Notes: generated from the letters alone by a model not told the origin. A stretch of 64,000 nucleotides of DNA from Schizochytrium sp. TIO01 (GCA_004764695.1 SMSO01000035.1:1798001-1862000), one strand, 5' to 3'. Numbered from the stretch's first letter, positions 31,353 to 42,816 are shown. Numbers and translations: made by a program.

Positions 31353-33437
31353 TCAGGAGGATGAATTCCTAGAGAATAGTGAACGCGTTTCAGTGTGGTG
31401 ATCGCCCACAAAGTTACTATGGCGATGTTCAAAGGTTATCACTTCCATCTGCGAAATGCGAAACTCGGTTTCGGCTAGCAGAGGCTCAAGGTTACCAAAA
31501 GTTTCGCACTTGCTCGTAGTGCCACAGTCTAAATCCTCATCAAGGCAAAAGACAAAGCCTCCACCTCCGCCCATGCCGATATGGGAGGCTGAACTGGACA
31601 TGATAAAATCGTTCGCTCCAGTCCATTTATAAACTTTGAGATCAGGGCGAAAGCTGAAGACAAAGCTTTCGCCAGTTCCATAAAACTCCCGCGGGCGAGT
31701 TGGTGTCCACTGCTCGGTAGCGAAGCACCCAAAGCGCTCGCCTGTACGAGTCTCACAAAGAATGAGCGTTTCATTATGGCCTTGTAAAAAGCGGTAAAAT
31801 TGCTTCAATGAAACTCCGTGTCGATCTGTCGAATATGTTACCACCCACGTGTGGTTACGAAGACGGTCTGGTAGTTCACGGTTGATGTCGATGAGCTCGT
31901 GCTCGTCCTCTACAATTTTACTAACAGGTCCAGAGAAATGAGGCAAGACATTCGTATCAATCATAGCCAACTTCGGGGCATTTGGAGGCGCAGCAACCTC
32001 TACGTAACCTCCTCCAAGCTGAGACTGCGACGCTAAAGACTCTTCTTCCTCAATTCGCTGCGCTTCAGCCAGTGCAGCCATGCGCTCCTCGACTTCACGA
32101 CTCTTTGTATGCAAGATTCTGGCCTCTTCCTCAGTAACCTCCCCGTTGAGAAGTGCCTGTTGCACAAGATCAGCAGGTGAGTGCTCCCTCGAAGCACCAA
32201 CATGGTCGCGCTTAAAGAGAAGCCCTGAGACTACTGATCCGCCAGTAATACTTTCGGATTCTGATATTTTCAGCGAGGCAAGTCGTGCAGATTTACCCTG
32301 TTGTTTTTGCAATTGTGTCTGAATCTCTGCGACGATTGAGGAGCATGTGTCCAAGTCATCCACATACAATGTAAGCGGCAAAGGATTTGAGTATCCTGCA
32401 TCTGGTTGTTTCCAGAAGATGCGAACACGGTATGGATGAGGCACATTGGAAATCACGGATGGTGTCGTTGTAGGCTCTTCGTTGTTTGTCAAGCCCAAGG
32501 GCTCTGGGTTTTCATGGTGAAGTTCTGAGGCACTGCAGCCTTGAATATCCCTGATGTCTAATCTGAATTGATAACATTTAACTAGACGCATGCTAGCTTC
32601 CGATGATCGGACTTCTTCTGAGGCTGCGGCATCTACAACACGCAGTGCATTGAACATAACATAATATGAGTTCACCTCCAGAGAGCCTCCAATGTGAATC
32701 TTCTTATCCACAAGCACCACAGGTTCGTATATCTCCCCTCCCAGCTTGCTGTGCCTGCGTACAAGCGTTGGTGGTCCCGAGTGTGCATCGAGGGGTGATT
32801 TGATCTCCATGGCAGCCTTTGCAGCTGCTGCCTTTGCAGCGGCAGTGCTCGTTGGATGCTTGGTATCTAGGACCAACACCACCTGACCTGTGAACAATGC
32901 CGCCTCTCCAAACATTTTATTAAGTTGCCTGAATTGCCCCACTGTCATACCATGTCTCATTGCCACGCCATTGATGGTGTCGCCGGCCTTGACCTGGTAC
33001 CCAACTAATACGCATTGGTCAGGAAGATCATTCGGATGGTTTGATCTTTGCGCATGGGCCGATTCGTCTTCATCAAGAGCCCCTGAAGGAGGGCTAATAT
33101 CATTTTGTTCAGTGTTATTATCACTACTGAGAGCACTGTATGATGCTGAAGACCGGTTATCATCGTCCTTTTTGAGCAAGTTTTTGCCGGCGGTCTTTAT
33201 ATTCTGCAAGAAGTTCTTAGAGAGGTCTCGCAGCTTACGTGACCTGTTTTTGGAGGACTTCGAATCATTGCTACCTACAGAGAGCGCCGGCGAGGGTGGC
33301 CTAGTCTTTTCTTCCTCGCCCAGCGTCGGCACACGGTCGTCGTTCACATCCACCGGATGCGATCCTGCCCGAGCAGCAGCTCCATTAGCGCCGCTCGGAT
33401 GCGACAGGTCACCGCTTACGGCGGGGAAGTGAAACAT
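31353..33437 (-). CDS. OXR1: OXR1/NCOA7-family LysM + TLDc domain protein
   Basis: First ATG at 33437. LysM YQVKAGDTINGVAMRHGMTVGQFRQLN. TLDc YSTDRHGVSLKQFY, FYGTGESFVFSF, YKWTGANDFI, GMGGGGG, CETFGN. Confidence 0.9.
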   Translation of the reverse strand: MFHFPAVSGDLSHPSGANGAAARAGSHPVDVNDDRVPTLGEEEKTRPPSPALSVGSNDSKSSKNRSRKLRDLSKNFLQNIKTAGKNLLKKDDDNRSSASYSALSSDNNTEQNDISPPSGALDEDESAHAQRSNHPNDLPDQCVLVGYQVKAGDTINGVAMRHGMTVGQFRQLNKMFGEAALFTGQVVLVLDTKHPTSTAAAKAAAAKAAMEIKSPLDAHSGPPTLVRRHSKLGGEIYEPVVLVDKKIHIGGSLEVNSYYVMFNALRVVDAAASEEVRSSEASMRLVKCYQFRLDIRDIQGCSASELHHENPEPLGLTNNEEPTTTPSVISNVPHPYRVRIFWKQPDAGYSNPLPLTLYVDDLDTCSSIVAEIQTQLQKQQGKSARLASLKISESESITGGSVVSGLLFKRDHVGASREHSPADLVQQALLNGEVTEEEARILHTKSREVEERMAALAEAQRIEEEESLASQSQLGGGYVEVAAPPNAPKLAMIDTNVLPHFSGPVSKIVEDEHELIDINRELPDRLRNHTWVVTYSTDRHGVSLKQFYRFLQGHNETLILCETRTGERFGCFATEQWTPTRPREFYGTGESFVFSFRPDLKVYKWTGANDFIMSSSASHIGMGGGGGFVFCLDEDLDCGTTSKCETFGNLEPLLAETEFRISQMEVITFEHRHSNFVGDHHTETRSLFSRNSSS

Positions 33438-33535
33438 CTTCACGAGTGTGCCAAGCTTATAGCAGCATGCACAGTGCCAAGTCCTTTGCCGTGCCGCGGT
33501 TCTCCCAGCACGAAAACGCGCTTCAACTTGAAGGT

Positions 33536-33639
33536 CTGGATGGACAATCAAAATGTTTTGTTTCGACTTTGATTTCCAATTTATAAATAAGTTTCATGCT
33601 TTTTCTCCTTTAACACTCCTAGCTTCTTTCTTTTCTTAC
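33536..33639 (-). other. Candidate 5'-UTR intron of the OXR1-like gene
   Basis: AAG|GTAAGA donor at 33639 and TCCAG acceptor ending 33536, about 100 nt upstream of the ATG. Confidence 0.4.
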
Positions 33640-34027
33640 CTTTTTTCCTCTTTCTTTTTACAACATTCTCGCTGTTGCCATCCCTCATTGGCCGACTTCT
33701 CTGCTACACGGCAGAGCTCAAAGTGCTCTCTCTCTCTCTCTCTCCTCCTTGCAAGGCTCATTTCTGCTTTGCGTGCTTGCTCATCGACGTCTTTGTCCGC
33801 ATGCAACAAATAAACGCAATGTAACTAACTCATTCCCCCTCACTTTACATTTCTGTCGAAGCGGTCGAAACTAAAAGTAATTGCAAACCTTTCAAGTAAG
33901 AGCTCTCTTTCAATTGTTTGAAGAAAGCTGAGAGAAGGACAACAAGACAGACTTCCTTCTCATACGCATACGAGGAACGTAACACCCCTCGCAAATGAAC
34001 GAACGAAAGGAAAACTAAGGTGCGAAC

Positions 34028-34152
34028 TGACTCACTGACTCACTCATTCACTCACGAGTTAGTCAGTCAGTCAGTCAGTCAGTCAGTCAGTCAGTCAGTC
34101 AATTAATCGATTGATCGATTGATTGATTAATTGATTAATTAATTAATTAATT
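34028..34152 (+). repeat. Compound period-4 microsatellite: ACTC/ATTC, then (AGTC)~10, then ATCG/ATTG, then (ATTA)n
   Basis: Read directly from sequence. Confidence 0.95.
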
Positions 34153-37100
34153 ACAATTATGACTAATTTTAGAATTGTTTAATTAATCGCCAAACTAGTC
34201 AAATCACAGATTGCCTCAATCGAGTTCATCCAAGACAGCCAACTGGCCCAGGGCAGCTGCGATTTACGGGGCTTGCTATTCATCTTTGCACAAATGCCTT
34301 CGTGGACCTCAATAGGAAACAAGCAAACAAACAAACAAGCAGGCAAACAAACAACTCGAGGATCTTTGCGAAGAGGACCCATACGAGGAGGCTCAATGAC
34401 TGTTGCACTCACTCATCAACAGTTTGACTGACTCAAGCTAAGTACGTACTGAATAACTGCAGAACTGTTATTTAATTAGTTTTATACAGTCAATGAATTA
34501 TCAACCGCGACTTTATGGGGATGTATGTATAAACCGGCGTTCACAAGGACCTGAAGGCTTTTGGTGGAGTTTCCTCATTGGTGCATTCTGCATTCACGTC
34601 ATCGTCGTCGCAAAAAGCGCCTGCGTATCGGAAATAGTTTTTGATAATTGTACCTACTTATTTTCAATGAGAAAGACGATATCAAAAAGAAGATAAAAAG
34701 AAACGCACACCCTTTTAACTACTTACTTACTTACTTACTTACTACCTGGTATTACTTTCTCTTGGAGCAAATATATTTCTTGCACCATAACCCGAGCTGA
34801 TGATATTTCTTGCACCACGATTGAGGAATTGCGCTCGGATCACCGTTCGCTGCAGAGACGTCACGCATTCACAGTTATTTCTGCGACCACACCCAGCGAA
34901 GGTTTGTTTCTTCATTGGCCGTGCAATGAACGTGCCGCTCGCTGTGTTGCATTCATTCATCGTACTATGCTTGCAGAGACGTCGTTCAAGCCTAAAACCA
35001 TGAAAACCCAAGATTCTTCTTTTGCCGTCTGTTGACCAAGCTCAAACTTAGACCATACCAGCGGTTCTAAATGCTCACGCACACACTGGAGTCTTTGGAT
35101 ATGCGCCTTTGCTCAACGAAAGACGAAAACCCAAGAGGACGCAAACTTTTGAGGTGCAGGTGGGTCTATAAAACGAAAAGTAACAGTGTTTCTTAAGTAC
35201 CCGATACGGTATCATTTTCCTTTTTTAATTAAATGCTACAATTTATTAATTATCAATTTATTTCTTAATAAACCTAAAAGTTGATCTTTCAAGTTATTTT
35301 TCAATAGAACTCTTTGTTTGTTCTATTATAAATTAGATCATTCTCTGATCATATGAAAAAAAAAATTACACCGTCGCTCATTCCCTCGCTCGTTCGCACC
35401 TTCTCCTGGAAACCCGGCCAGCTTTTACATCCACACGAGAGTACCTTTCCGGATGTAATGTTTACGCAGCTTTCATCATGATCATACGCTCTTTTGACGA
35501 GCGTTCAATCACATTCGAGCGGACGGGACGGGTTTTCCGCTCGACTAGCTCTTATTAAACAACTCCCTCCATAACCTCCCTTCGCAAACGCGGCGCGCTG
35601 ATGGCTATACCAGGTACAGCCCACTGGTGTCACATGGGGGTACACAAGGTATTTTTTATAAAATGAGTTCAGGTTGAAACGTTTCTCTCTTCGGTGTGTG
35701 AGAGTGAAAGAACTGCGGAACCCGAAATGACATATGAAAATGAGATGAATTGTGATCGCATCATCGATACATTGCGATAGCACAAAGAGGATATGCCATC
35801 TTCAACGTGGGCGGATATCTCGCGCTCGTGGAACCCCGGAGCTCGAGCAGAATAACTCAGCCCAGCCAGATGGTCGGTCACCCAAAGGCCTCTTCTTCGT
35901 CCTCAGAGCCAGACGAGACTTTGGCTCTGTACGGCAAACGAAAGACTCCGTTCTTCGGCAGGGTTATTGGAGTTCCTCAGAAAGTTGGCAGGCGAGATCG
36001 AGGCTGTTCTTCACACGTCATACGACAGGCCAGGGCTCTTGACGATCTTGGGAAACGAGGGTTAGGGAGACGTGAGTAGAGCCGCATCGAGGACCGCACA
36101 ACACTGGTCCAGCACTCTTCGAACGGACAGCAGGCTTTGTTTGCCTTTGCGTGCTCGCAGCTGCAATGAAATGCGTGGCTGGACAGCCAGCTAGCTAACT
36201 TGACGCTGTGCCCAGCGTTCTTGGCCGGCAGCACCAACAGCAACAACGCCAACAACTGCGGCAACAGCGGCAACGCGAAGAGGACTCGATTGCCGAGGTG
36301 CGAGTGAGAAACGCACTGTGTCACAACTCGTTCCAGTGTCCTGGTCACAAGCACACCGAGTTACAGGCAAGCGCGAAGACATCTGCAGCCCATCAATCGC
36401 GTTTGGATGTGTGGTCCTGAAGAGCCCGGCGACCACGCTCGCTCACGAGGCCTTGCTTCAAGCTCGCGAGAAAGCCAGGAAACCGTGTGCCCTGAGCTGC
36501 CATGGCTACGAGGTTTGGGGCGAGACTCAATGGCGCTGCACTCAACGCCGCGGTACCCAGGTGAATGAATGAGTGAATGAGTGAATGGTGACTCGCAAAA
36601 GCGAGGGTTCATATTCCGCACGCAGGACGTCTTCACCGCCTGTGAAGAGAAGCGAAAGCCAACACGCCTTCGAGCTTTCGGGCCTCGGTCGCTACATGCC
36701 CGCGTCAGTCTCTGCGACGCATCCCGCCCTCGCTCCGAGGATTTGCACGGAGTCTGTTTTGCATTGCAGAAAGCCCTCGACGAGGCCAAGCTCCACTCCT
36801 AGTAATAGCAATAGGAGGAGGGTAGTGTCGTGAATGAACAAATGAACGAATGAATGAATGAATGAATGAATAGGTCCATGAGCCACGAAGGAGTGTCATT
36901 GGACTCCACCAAATCAGGTGCTGACCAGGTCTTCCGTCTGTCTTCAAGCCCCGCATCCTGGAGCCGCAACTAGCCTCTTTCGCAGTGCTGATCGAGGTTG
37001 CATGGAGAGATCTACCACGTTGAAGTTTGGTGCAGGTTGCGAGAACTGTCTGCGAAAAGAATCATAGTCACACGTATCTCTGTCTGTCTGTGCATAGTCA

Positions 37101-37298
37101 CAAGTGAACATGGAATATTCCACGAACTAAAATGGCCTAAGAGTCGATATGATGGCAGAGGCGCCTACTCTGTGCAAAGTTACATCCAACCTCAAGTGAA
37201 CGAGCGGCAGAACCTGAACTTGCACCGCGGAGCGGCAGAACTGGGGACTTGGGCAGCTCAAGAACGTTGACACGGAGACAGCCAGCGTGTGCAGGAGC

Positions 37299-38093
37299 AT
37301 GGGTCGAGCAGTCCCCCCGCCCATCACGGAGCAGCAGAAGCGCTGGGCCCTGAAGCAGCACGTCTTCTTTGTGGCCTCTGCGCCGCTGTCGGGCTCCAAC
37401 CATGTCAATGTGTCGCCCAAAAGCGCTGCGGAGTTTAGATTTGTGGACGCCGACACGGTGGGGTACTTGGACTTAACAGGGTCTGGTGCAGAAACACCAG
37501 CTCATATCATGGAGAACGGGCGGCTTACGATTATGTTTGTTGCGTTTAAAGGAGCACCCAAGATCATGCGCTTTTATGGTCGCGGTGAGGTAGTCCTTGC
37601 CGACGCCCTATTGACAAATCCCAAGCATGAGAAACTTCGACAGGCGTGGGACATCAACGCTGAGAAGGATTGGGAGAGCGTCGTGGGTGCTCGAAGCATT
37701 GTGCTCTTACATGTTGACCGTATCGCTGATTCTTGCGGATTTTCCATCCCAATTTATGACTACGTCAAGGACCGCAACACACTCACTGAGGTCTCAAAGC
37801 AAACAGATATGAAAGAATATCAAAGGAAGAAAAATTCTTTCTCCATTGACGGCCTCAAAGGAGTCGCACAAACCATTTATAAAGATATTCCAACTTCAAG
37901 AACTTTGGAAGAAGGATATTACATGGCCCCGACAGATTGGAATGTTGGCCAGAATCCGCTGAAGAAACTCAAGATTCGCGCTCTCATGCTTTGGGCTAGT
38001 GGACTTAACGGTCGCATTCGGGACCTCGTGTTTTTCATCTTTGGTGTTGTAAGTTTACATCTTGCAAAGAAAGCTATTAGCACGAGAAGATGA
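37299..38093 (+). CDS. Pyridoxamine 5'-phosphate oxidase-like FMN-binding split-barrel protein (yeast YLR456W/YPR172W-type), paralog 1
   Basis: First ATG at 37299. QHVFFVASAPL, HVNVSPK, YLDLTGSGAETPAH, ENGRLTIMF, PKIMRFYGRG, SCGFSIP, NSFSIDGL. C-terminal hydrophobic anchor. Confidence 0.92.
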   Translation: MGRAVPPPITEQQKRWALKQHVFFVASAPLSGSNHVNVSPKSAAEFRFVDADTVGYLDLTGSGAETPAHIMENGRLTIMFVAFKGAPKIMRFYGRGEVVLADALLTNPKHEKLRQAWDINAEKDWESVVGARSIVLLHVDRIADSCGFSIPIYDYVKDRNTLTEVSKQTDMKEYQRKKNSFSIDGLKGVAQTIYKDIPTSRTLEEGYYMAPTDWNVGQNPLKKLKIRALMLWASGLNGRIRDLVFFIFGVVSLHLAKKAISTRR

Positions 38094-38630
38094 CTGGCAT
38101 TCATCACATTGAAACATGCAGAATCAGGAACCGCATTAATCTAGCAATATATCTCCCATCGAAAAGGCGTTAACCCTTCCCATTACCTTGTTAATTTATT
38201 GCAGCGCAAAAAAGCAGTAATTTATTCTGCTTGCATTATCACAACCCTTAACTTTCGATTTGGCTTGATTAACCTAGTCCAAAGCTCTCAATGAGAATCT
38301 TAAAAACTCAATATATACTGCTTGAATGACTCTTATACATGTGCATTGTATTATCCTGTATGTTTGGGACTCCTTCGCCCATCAAGTAAACTACGCGGCA
38401 GCAGCATTGTCCTCACCACTTTTCTGATTCTCTCCTGATGATGATACTTTTATTTTAAAAAATGTTTTATATAGGCCTATATAGGAATTTAAAAATTAAG
38501 CTAAAAGAAAATACTAGGAAGTATTACCTACTATACCCGTATCAGCTTTTTCCTAGTATAGAAGAACTTGAAGGGAAAATAAAAGACCAAAAAGAAGGAG
38601 AGAGATCTTATTTCTTTTTATTTAAGGAGT

Positions 38631-38654
38631 AAAAAAAGAGAAAGTAAAAGAAAT
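38631..38654 (-). terminator. Pol III oligo-T terminator of tRNA-Ala
   Basis: Minus strand reads TTTCTTTT then a T7 run immediately downstream of the tRNA 3' end. Confidence 0.7.
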
Positions 38655-38656
38655 AT

Positions 38657-38728
38657 TGGACACATCGAGGATTGAACTCAAGACTTTCTCAATGCAAATG
38701 AGACGTGCTACCACTGCACCATGCGCCC
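38657..38728 (-). tRNA. tRNA-Ala (anticodon UGC), intronless
   Basis: GGGCGCATGGTGCAGTGGTAGCACGTCTCATTTGCATTGAGAAAGTCTTGAGTTCAATCCTCGATGTGTCCA folds as a full cloverleaf with the G3:U70 alanine identity pair, TCTCA/TGAGA anticodon stem, TTC T-loop and discriminator A. Confidence 0.96.
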
Positions 38729-38757
38729 ACTGATATTTTTAAATGTACCATCACTAG

Positions 38758-38765
38758 TATATATA
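38758..38765 (-). promoter_or_regulatory. TATA element about 30 nt upstream of tRNA-Ala
   Basis: TATATATA located 30-37 nt 5' of the mature tRNA start, where TFIIIB is expected to bind. Confidence 0.55.
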
Positions 38766-38994
38766 GTTTTGATAATCTGAAAAGAACACAGAATTGTATG
38801 ATGATAGGTTGGGAATTCAGCTTAGGCATTTGGCACGAGCATTTAACAACTTGAAGGTACCTACTTACCTACCACTTTGGAATTTACAAAATTTAAGATT
38901 AATCAAACCTTCAACGCGTAGATACTAAGGTGTACGGCGGGAGAAAGAGCAGTACGGAGTGGAAGAGGACTACATACAATATTGCTAAGTAAGA

Positions 38995-39834
38995 ATGGCA
39001 CGCACATTTGAGCCTCCGATTGCAGAAAATCAAGAATGTTGGGTTTTGAAGCAGCACATTTTCTTTGTGGCAACTGCTGCTCTTGCTAAGAGCAATCATG
39101 TGAATGTATCACCTAAAAGCGCGACCGGACTTCGTATCGTGGATGGTCATACCATTGGGTATTTGGACCTGGCTGGTTCAGGGGCAGAAACTGCGGCTCA
39201 TATCATGGAGAATGAAAGGCTTACATTTATGTTTGTTGCGCTCAGAGGAGCTCCCAGAATTATGCGGTTTTACGGTCGCGGGGAAGTCATCCCGCCGCAT
39301 GCGCTTTTTGGCGAACTACGATATGAAAAATTCCGCCAGGCGTGGGGGCTTGATTGCCCAGAGGCATGGGAAAATGTGACAGGCGCAAGGAGCATTATCC
39401 TCCTTCATATTGAAAAGTTTTCTGACTCGTGTGGATACTCCATTCCCATCTATGAGTACGTTAAAGAACGCAGTACCTATAATCAGGTTACTCAGCGGAT
39501 GGATGTTCAGGGTTTTACAAACCAAATCAATGCATTCTCCATCGACGGTCTCAAGAGCATCTCTCAGTTGGTTCATCAACAAACCCCGCCCTCAAGAAAC
39601 TTGTCGGAAGGCTACTATCTGGGCCCTCGTAACTGGCAAGAAAATTCAAGCAAGATCGCCCGACTCAAAGTTCGTATTCTTATGCTTTGGTCTAGTGGTT
39701 TGAACGGACGGGTGCGCGATTTTGTGCATCTTCTTCTAGGAGCACTCGGTCTTTGTATACTCCAGCGTCTTCTCAAGTTATCTTCCTTGACACCTCCATG
39801 CCCTGAGGCACTTCGCCGTAAGAATGCACTTTAA
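38995..39834 (+). CDS. Pyridoxamine 5'-phosphate oxidase-like protein, paralog 2
   Basis: Collinear with 37299-38093: KQHIFFVATA, HVNVSPKS, YLDLAGSGAETAAH, SCGYSIPIY, FSIDGLK, LMLWSSGLNGRVRD. Confidence 0.92.
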   Translation: MARTFEPPIAENQECWVLKQHIFFVATAALAKSNHVNVSPKSATGLRIVDGHTIGYLDLAGSGAETAAHIMENERLTFMFVALRGAPRIMRFYGRGEVIPPHALFGELRYEKFRQAWGLDCPEAWENVTGARSIILLHIEKFSDSCGYSIPIYEYVKERSTYNQVTQRMDVQGFTNQINAFSIDGLKSISQLVHQQTPPSRNLSEGYYLGPRNWQENSSKIARLKVRILMLWSSGLNGRVRDFVHLLLGALGLCILQRLLKLSSLTPPCPEALRRKNAL

Positions 39835-40059
39835 AAATATAAATCAAGTGTTACAACCATCTCATAATTTGTATAAATTTCACTCTAGAAAAGCAAAATG
39901 ATCAAGTATACTCTTAAACAGCGTCCAAACGGGCATACTTTGTGAAGTAATCATAAATGAAGGTTAATCGAATAGAAGAATGCAGATTAGGAAATAGATT
40001 ACTGATACACAAAGTTGTTATAGGCAAGGGCGTAAGTGGGCATTGATAATAGCCCAGAT

Positions 40060-42816
40060 TTATTCAAGGAGCTTGGCAACTCTTTCAAGAATTTCCTGTA
40101 AATGCGGATGGCTGCCTTCCATATTCTTGAGCGTCTGGCGAATTGTCTCAATTTGGTCTTGGGATTGCTCTAACATAATATCAGCTTCCTCACGCGAGAC
40201 TGGGGCATCTACAGCTGGAGCTTTTGCAAATTCTAAATACTTTGAAGCCAGTGCATGGGTTCGGTTGAGTGTTTCGATATTACGTTGCTTTTGATACAAA
40301 GCCTCGTTAATATCTCTCTTTTTTAATGTCAAGGCATCCTCAACCTCGGCAAACTGGTTGCTAGCTTTCTCAAGCTCAAGACTCATATTTTCCGAGTCTT
40401 GAAGACGCTCAGCAATGCCACGCTCGTACTCAAGACACTCCTGAGAGTATTGTTTTGCCTCCTTTCGCTCAATTTTAAGTTTCCGCTGTAGTTCAGCCTG
40501 GGTCATTTCTGCAATGGCCTCGTCGCTGCCAACTTTGGCTCGGCGAACGCCAGCAGGACGGCTTGCGCCTTTACGGCGGGTAGCAATAGTTTCGCGTTTC
40601 AAAATTGCCATCTCCATTTCTTTGATCATCTTCTCCTGCTCTCGGTGAAGGTTATTCAGACGAATTTTCATTCGATGGATCTCCTTTTCCATGGCCTTTA
40701 CTTCAGATTGGCCCACAGTCGGATCGAGAGCTTCCTGAGTCTCCTTTTCTAACTGAATCTTTTTCTCCCAAAGTTTGATTTGACGCTCAGATTCCATTAT
40801 CTCGTCCAGAAGCGTCTGCTTCTCCATTTTTGTACGTTCGATACGACCTTCTGCTTCAACAGACTGAGACTCCAGTTCCTTCAACTCATTGATAAACTCA
40901 GCTTGCATGATTTCATTTACATTGGCCAAGGCATCCTGCTTGTCCTTGTGTTCTGCAATCAGACCGTTCAACTTGTGCATATCATTGTGCATACGCTGGA
41001 TTCGATTTTCTAGATCTTTGAGCTCAGCACTTTGGGCATGAATTCGATTATCCAGACGTTTCTTCTTTTGCTGCAAGATTGTCTCGGTACTTGTGAGCTC
41101 ATGGACCGTAGTAGTCTCCTGCTCCATTTCGTTCACAACTTGCACAAACTCTGTTTGGATTTTCAGCCATGTTCGCTCGAGCTCGCGATTTTGTGTACTT
41201 AATGCAGCGCTTTCTTTGGAAAGGTTCTTAATTGTTGCTTCCAATGGACCCAGGCATTCAGGTTCATCTTGATTTGCCATCATGATCTCAAGTTTGCGGT
41301 TGAGACGATCCTTCACATACATTTTCTTTTCAATCTGATCATGACGCTGTCGAATCTCTAGCTTATATTTCTCGATCATTTTATCTTTCTCATCCAAATC
41401 TGCTGTCAGCTTGTCTACTTCTTCCTGCAGCTGATCTCCATGGGCTTGAGTGTTAAGCTTGTCAATTTTAATACGAGCAAGTTCATTTTCCGTAAGAGCT
41501 ACTTCCATTTCTTTTCCGTGCACCTCCTTCTGTAGCTTAGCTGCCTCACGAGCCAGATTCTTTGCAGCTTTGCTCATTGTTGTTCGCTCGTTAAGAAGGG
41601 TGGAGGTTTCTTCTTCAATACTATGACGCTGACGCTCAACAATATTATATTGTGCCTGCAAACTTTTGAGGTCTTTGTTGCATGCGGCAAGCATACCCTG
41701 GTACTTGCGAGACTCGGCATCTTGCTGTTCAAGACTTTTATTCAAAAGACTGAATTGGTCGCTAAGCTTTAGGTATGCCTTTTCAAACTTAACCAAAGAG
41801 TCTTCTACCTGTTTAAGCGCGTGCTCTTGTCGTACTTTCCGCTCTACAAGCTTTTCACTCTCGAATTGAACTTTGGAGGCTCGCACCTTGTATCCCTCGA
41901 TTTCTGCACGAACAGTTCGAATCTCTTCATTCTTTTCATGGATAGTACGTAGCATTGCTTCATGTGCCTCGTCACGCTTCTGCAAGGCAATGAGTGTACT
42001 ATTCCACTGCTGCATGACTTGCTTCTTTTCGAATTGTGTAGTTTGCATTTCCTTCCCGGCTTCGCGCAAGGTTACCTCTGCAGCACCAGTCTCCTGCTGC
42101 TGTGATTGTCGTTGTGCTTCAATCATAGCAATCTCTTCTTGAAGTTGCTTGATTTTATCAACTCTCGAGTCGATGTAAAGATCCTGCTCCTGCTTCTTCT
42201 TTTCAAGCTCTCCAACAGCCTCCTCGGTCTTGTGGGTTGCGCGTCGCATCACAGCAATTTCACCGCGTGTCTCCTCCAAGTAGGTCTCAACCTGTCGCAC
42301 TGCAGCTTTGACTGCATTTTCTTCTTGCTTTGCGTTCTTAAGCTTCTCTTCGGCAAGCTTTACCTCGCGGTCGCAAGTTTCTAAGACGCGGCGCCGCTCG
42401 CGAGACTCCTGTTCCGCATCAGCACGGTTTTGTGCACTCTCTGCTAGATCATTATGAGTGTCTTCTAGTTGCACTTGAAGTGATGCAAGTTGCTGCTGCA
42501 GTCCATAAAGCGTCACACCCAGCGTTTCGCGAGACTGCTGCGCCCTTTTCAGATCTTCATGAAGATCTGCAATTGCAAGTTCTTTTTCTTTGAGCTCGCT
42601 TACTTGCTGCTTACGCAGCATTTGCTGTACTGAGTCCAACATTGGCGTCTGGCCAATTGCGCGAACAGCCTCCTCGGCATCTTCACGAGTGGCAAAAGCT
42701 CCATGACGACCCTGCCCACTTTCACTTTCATCAACAGAGTCCTGTGGCATTCTATTGTCATCATCGATGGGGCCGTCGTCGGGCCCGACTTCGTATTCGA
42801 GTGAAGAGCTTGCCAT
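40060..42816 (-). CDS. CCDC40: Coiled-coil domain-containing protein 40 (96-nm axonemal ruler, FAP172)
   Basis: 918-aa coiled coil with RETLGVTLYGLQQQLA, KKKQEQDLYID, EKKQVMQQW, ENELARIKID, LGPLEATI, ESERQIKLWEKKIQLEKE, GQSEVKAMEKEIHRM. Confidence 0.95.
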   Translation of the reverse strand: MASSSLEYEVGPDDGPIDDDNRMPQDSVDESESGQGRHGAFATREDAEEAVRAIGQTPMLDSVQQMLRKQQVSELKEKELAIADLHEDLKRAQQSRETLGVTLYGLQQQLASLQVQLEDTHNDLAESAQNRADAEQESRERRRVLETCDREVKLAEEKLKNAKQEENAVKAAVRQVETYLEETRGEIAVMRRATHKTEEAVGELEKKKQEQDLYIDSRVDKIKQLQEEIAMIEAQRQSQQQETGAAEVTLREAGKEMQTTQFEKKQVMQQWNSTLIALQKRDEAHEAMLRTIHEKNEEIRTVRAEIEGYKVRASKVQFESEKLVERKVRQEHALKQVEDSLVKFEKAYLKLSDQFSLLNKSLEQQDAESRKYQGMLAACNKDLKSLQAQYNIVERQRHSIEEETSTLLNERTTMSKAAKNLAREAAKLQKEVHGKEMEVALTENELARIKIDKLNTQAHGDQLQEEVDKLTADLDEKDKMIEKYKLEIRQRHDQIEKKMYVKDRLNRKLEIMMANQDEPECLGPLEATIKNLSKESAALSTQNRELERTWLKIQTEFVQVVNEMEQETTTVHELTSTETILQQKKKRLDNRIHAQSAELKDLENRIQRMHNDMHKLNGLIAEHKDKQDALANVNEIMQAEFINELKELESQSVEAEGRIERTKMEKQTLLDEIMESERQIKLWEKKIQLEKETQEALDPTVGQSEVKAMEKEIHRMKIRLNNLHREQEKMIKEMEMAILKRETIATRRKGASRPAGVRRAKVGSDEAIAEMTQAELQRKLKIERKEAKQYSQECLEYERGIAERLQDSENMSLELEKASNQFAEVEDALTLKKRDINEALYQKQRNIETLNRTHALASKYLEFAKAPAVDAPVSREEADIMLEQSQDQIETIRQTLKNMEGSHPHLQEILERVAKLLE

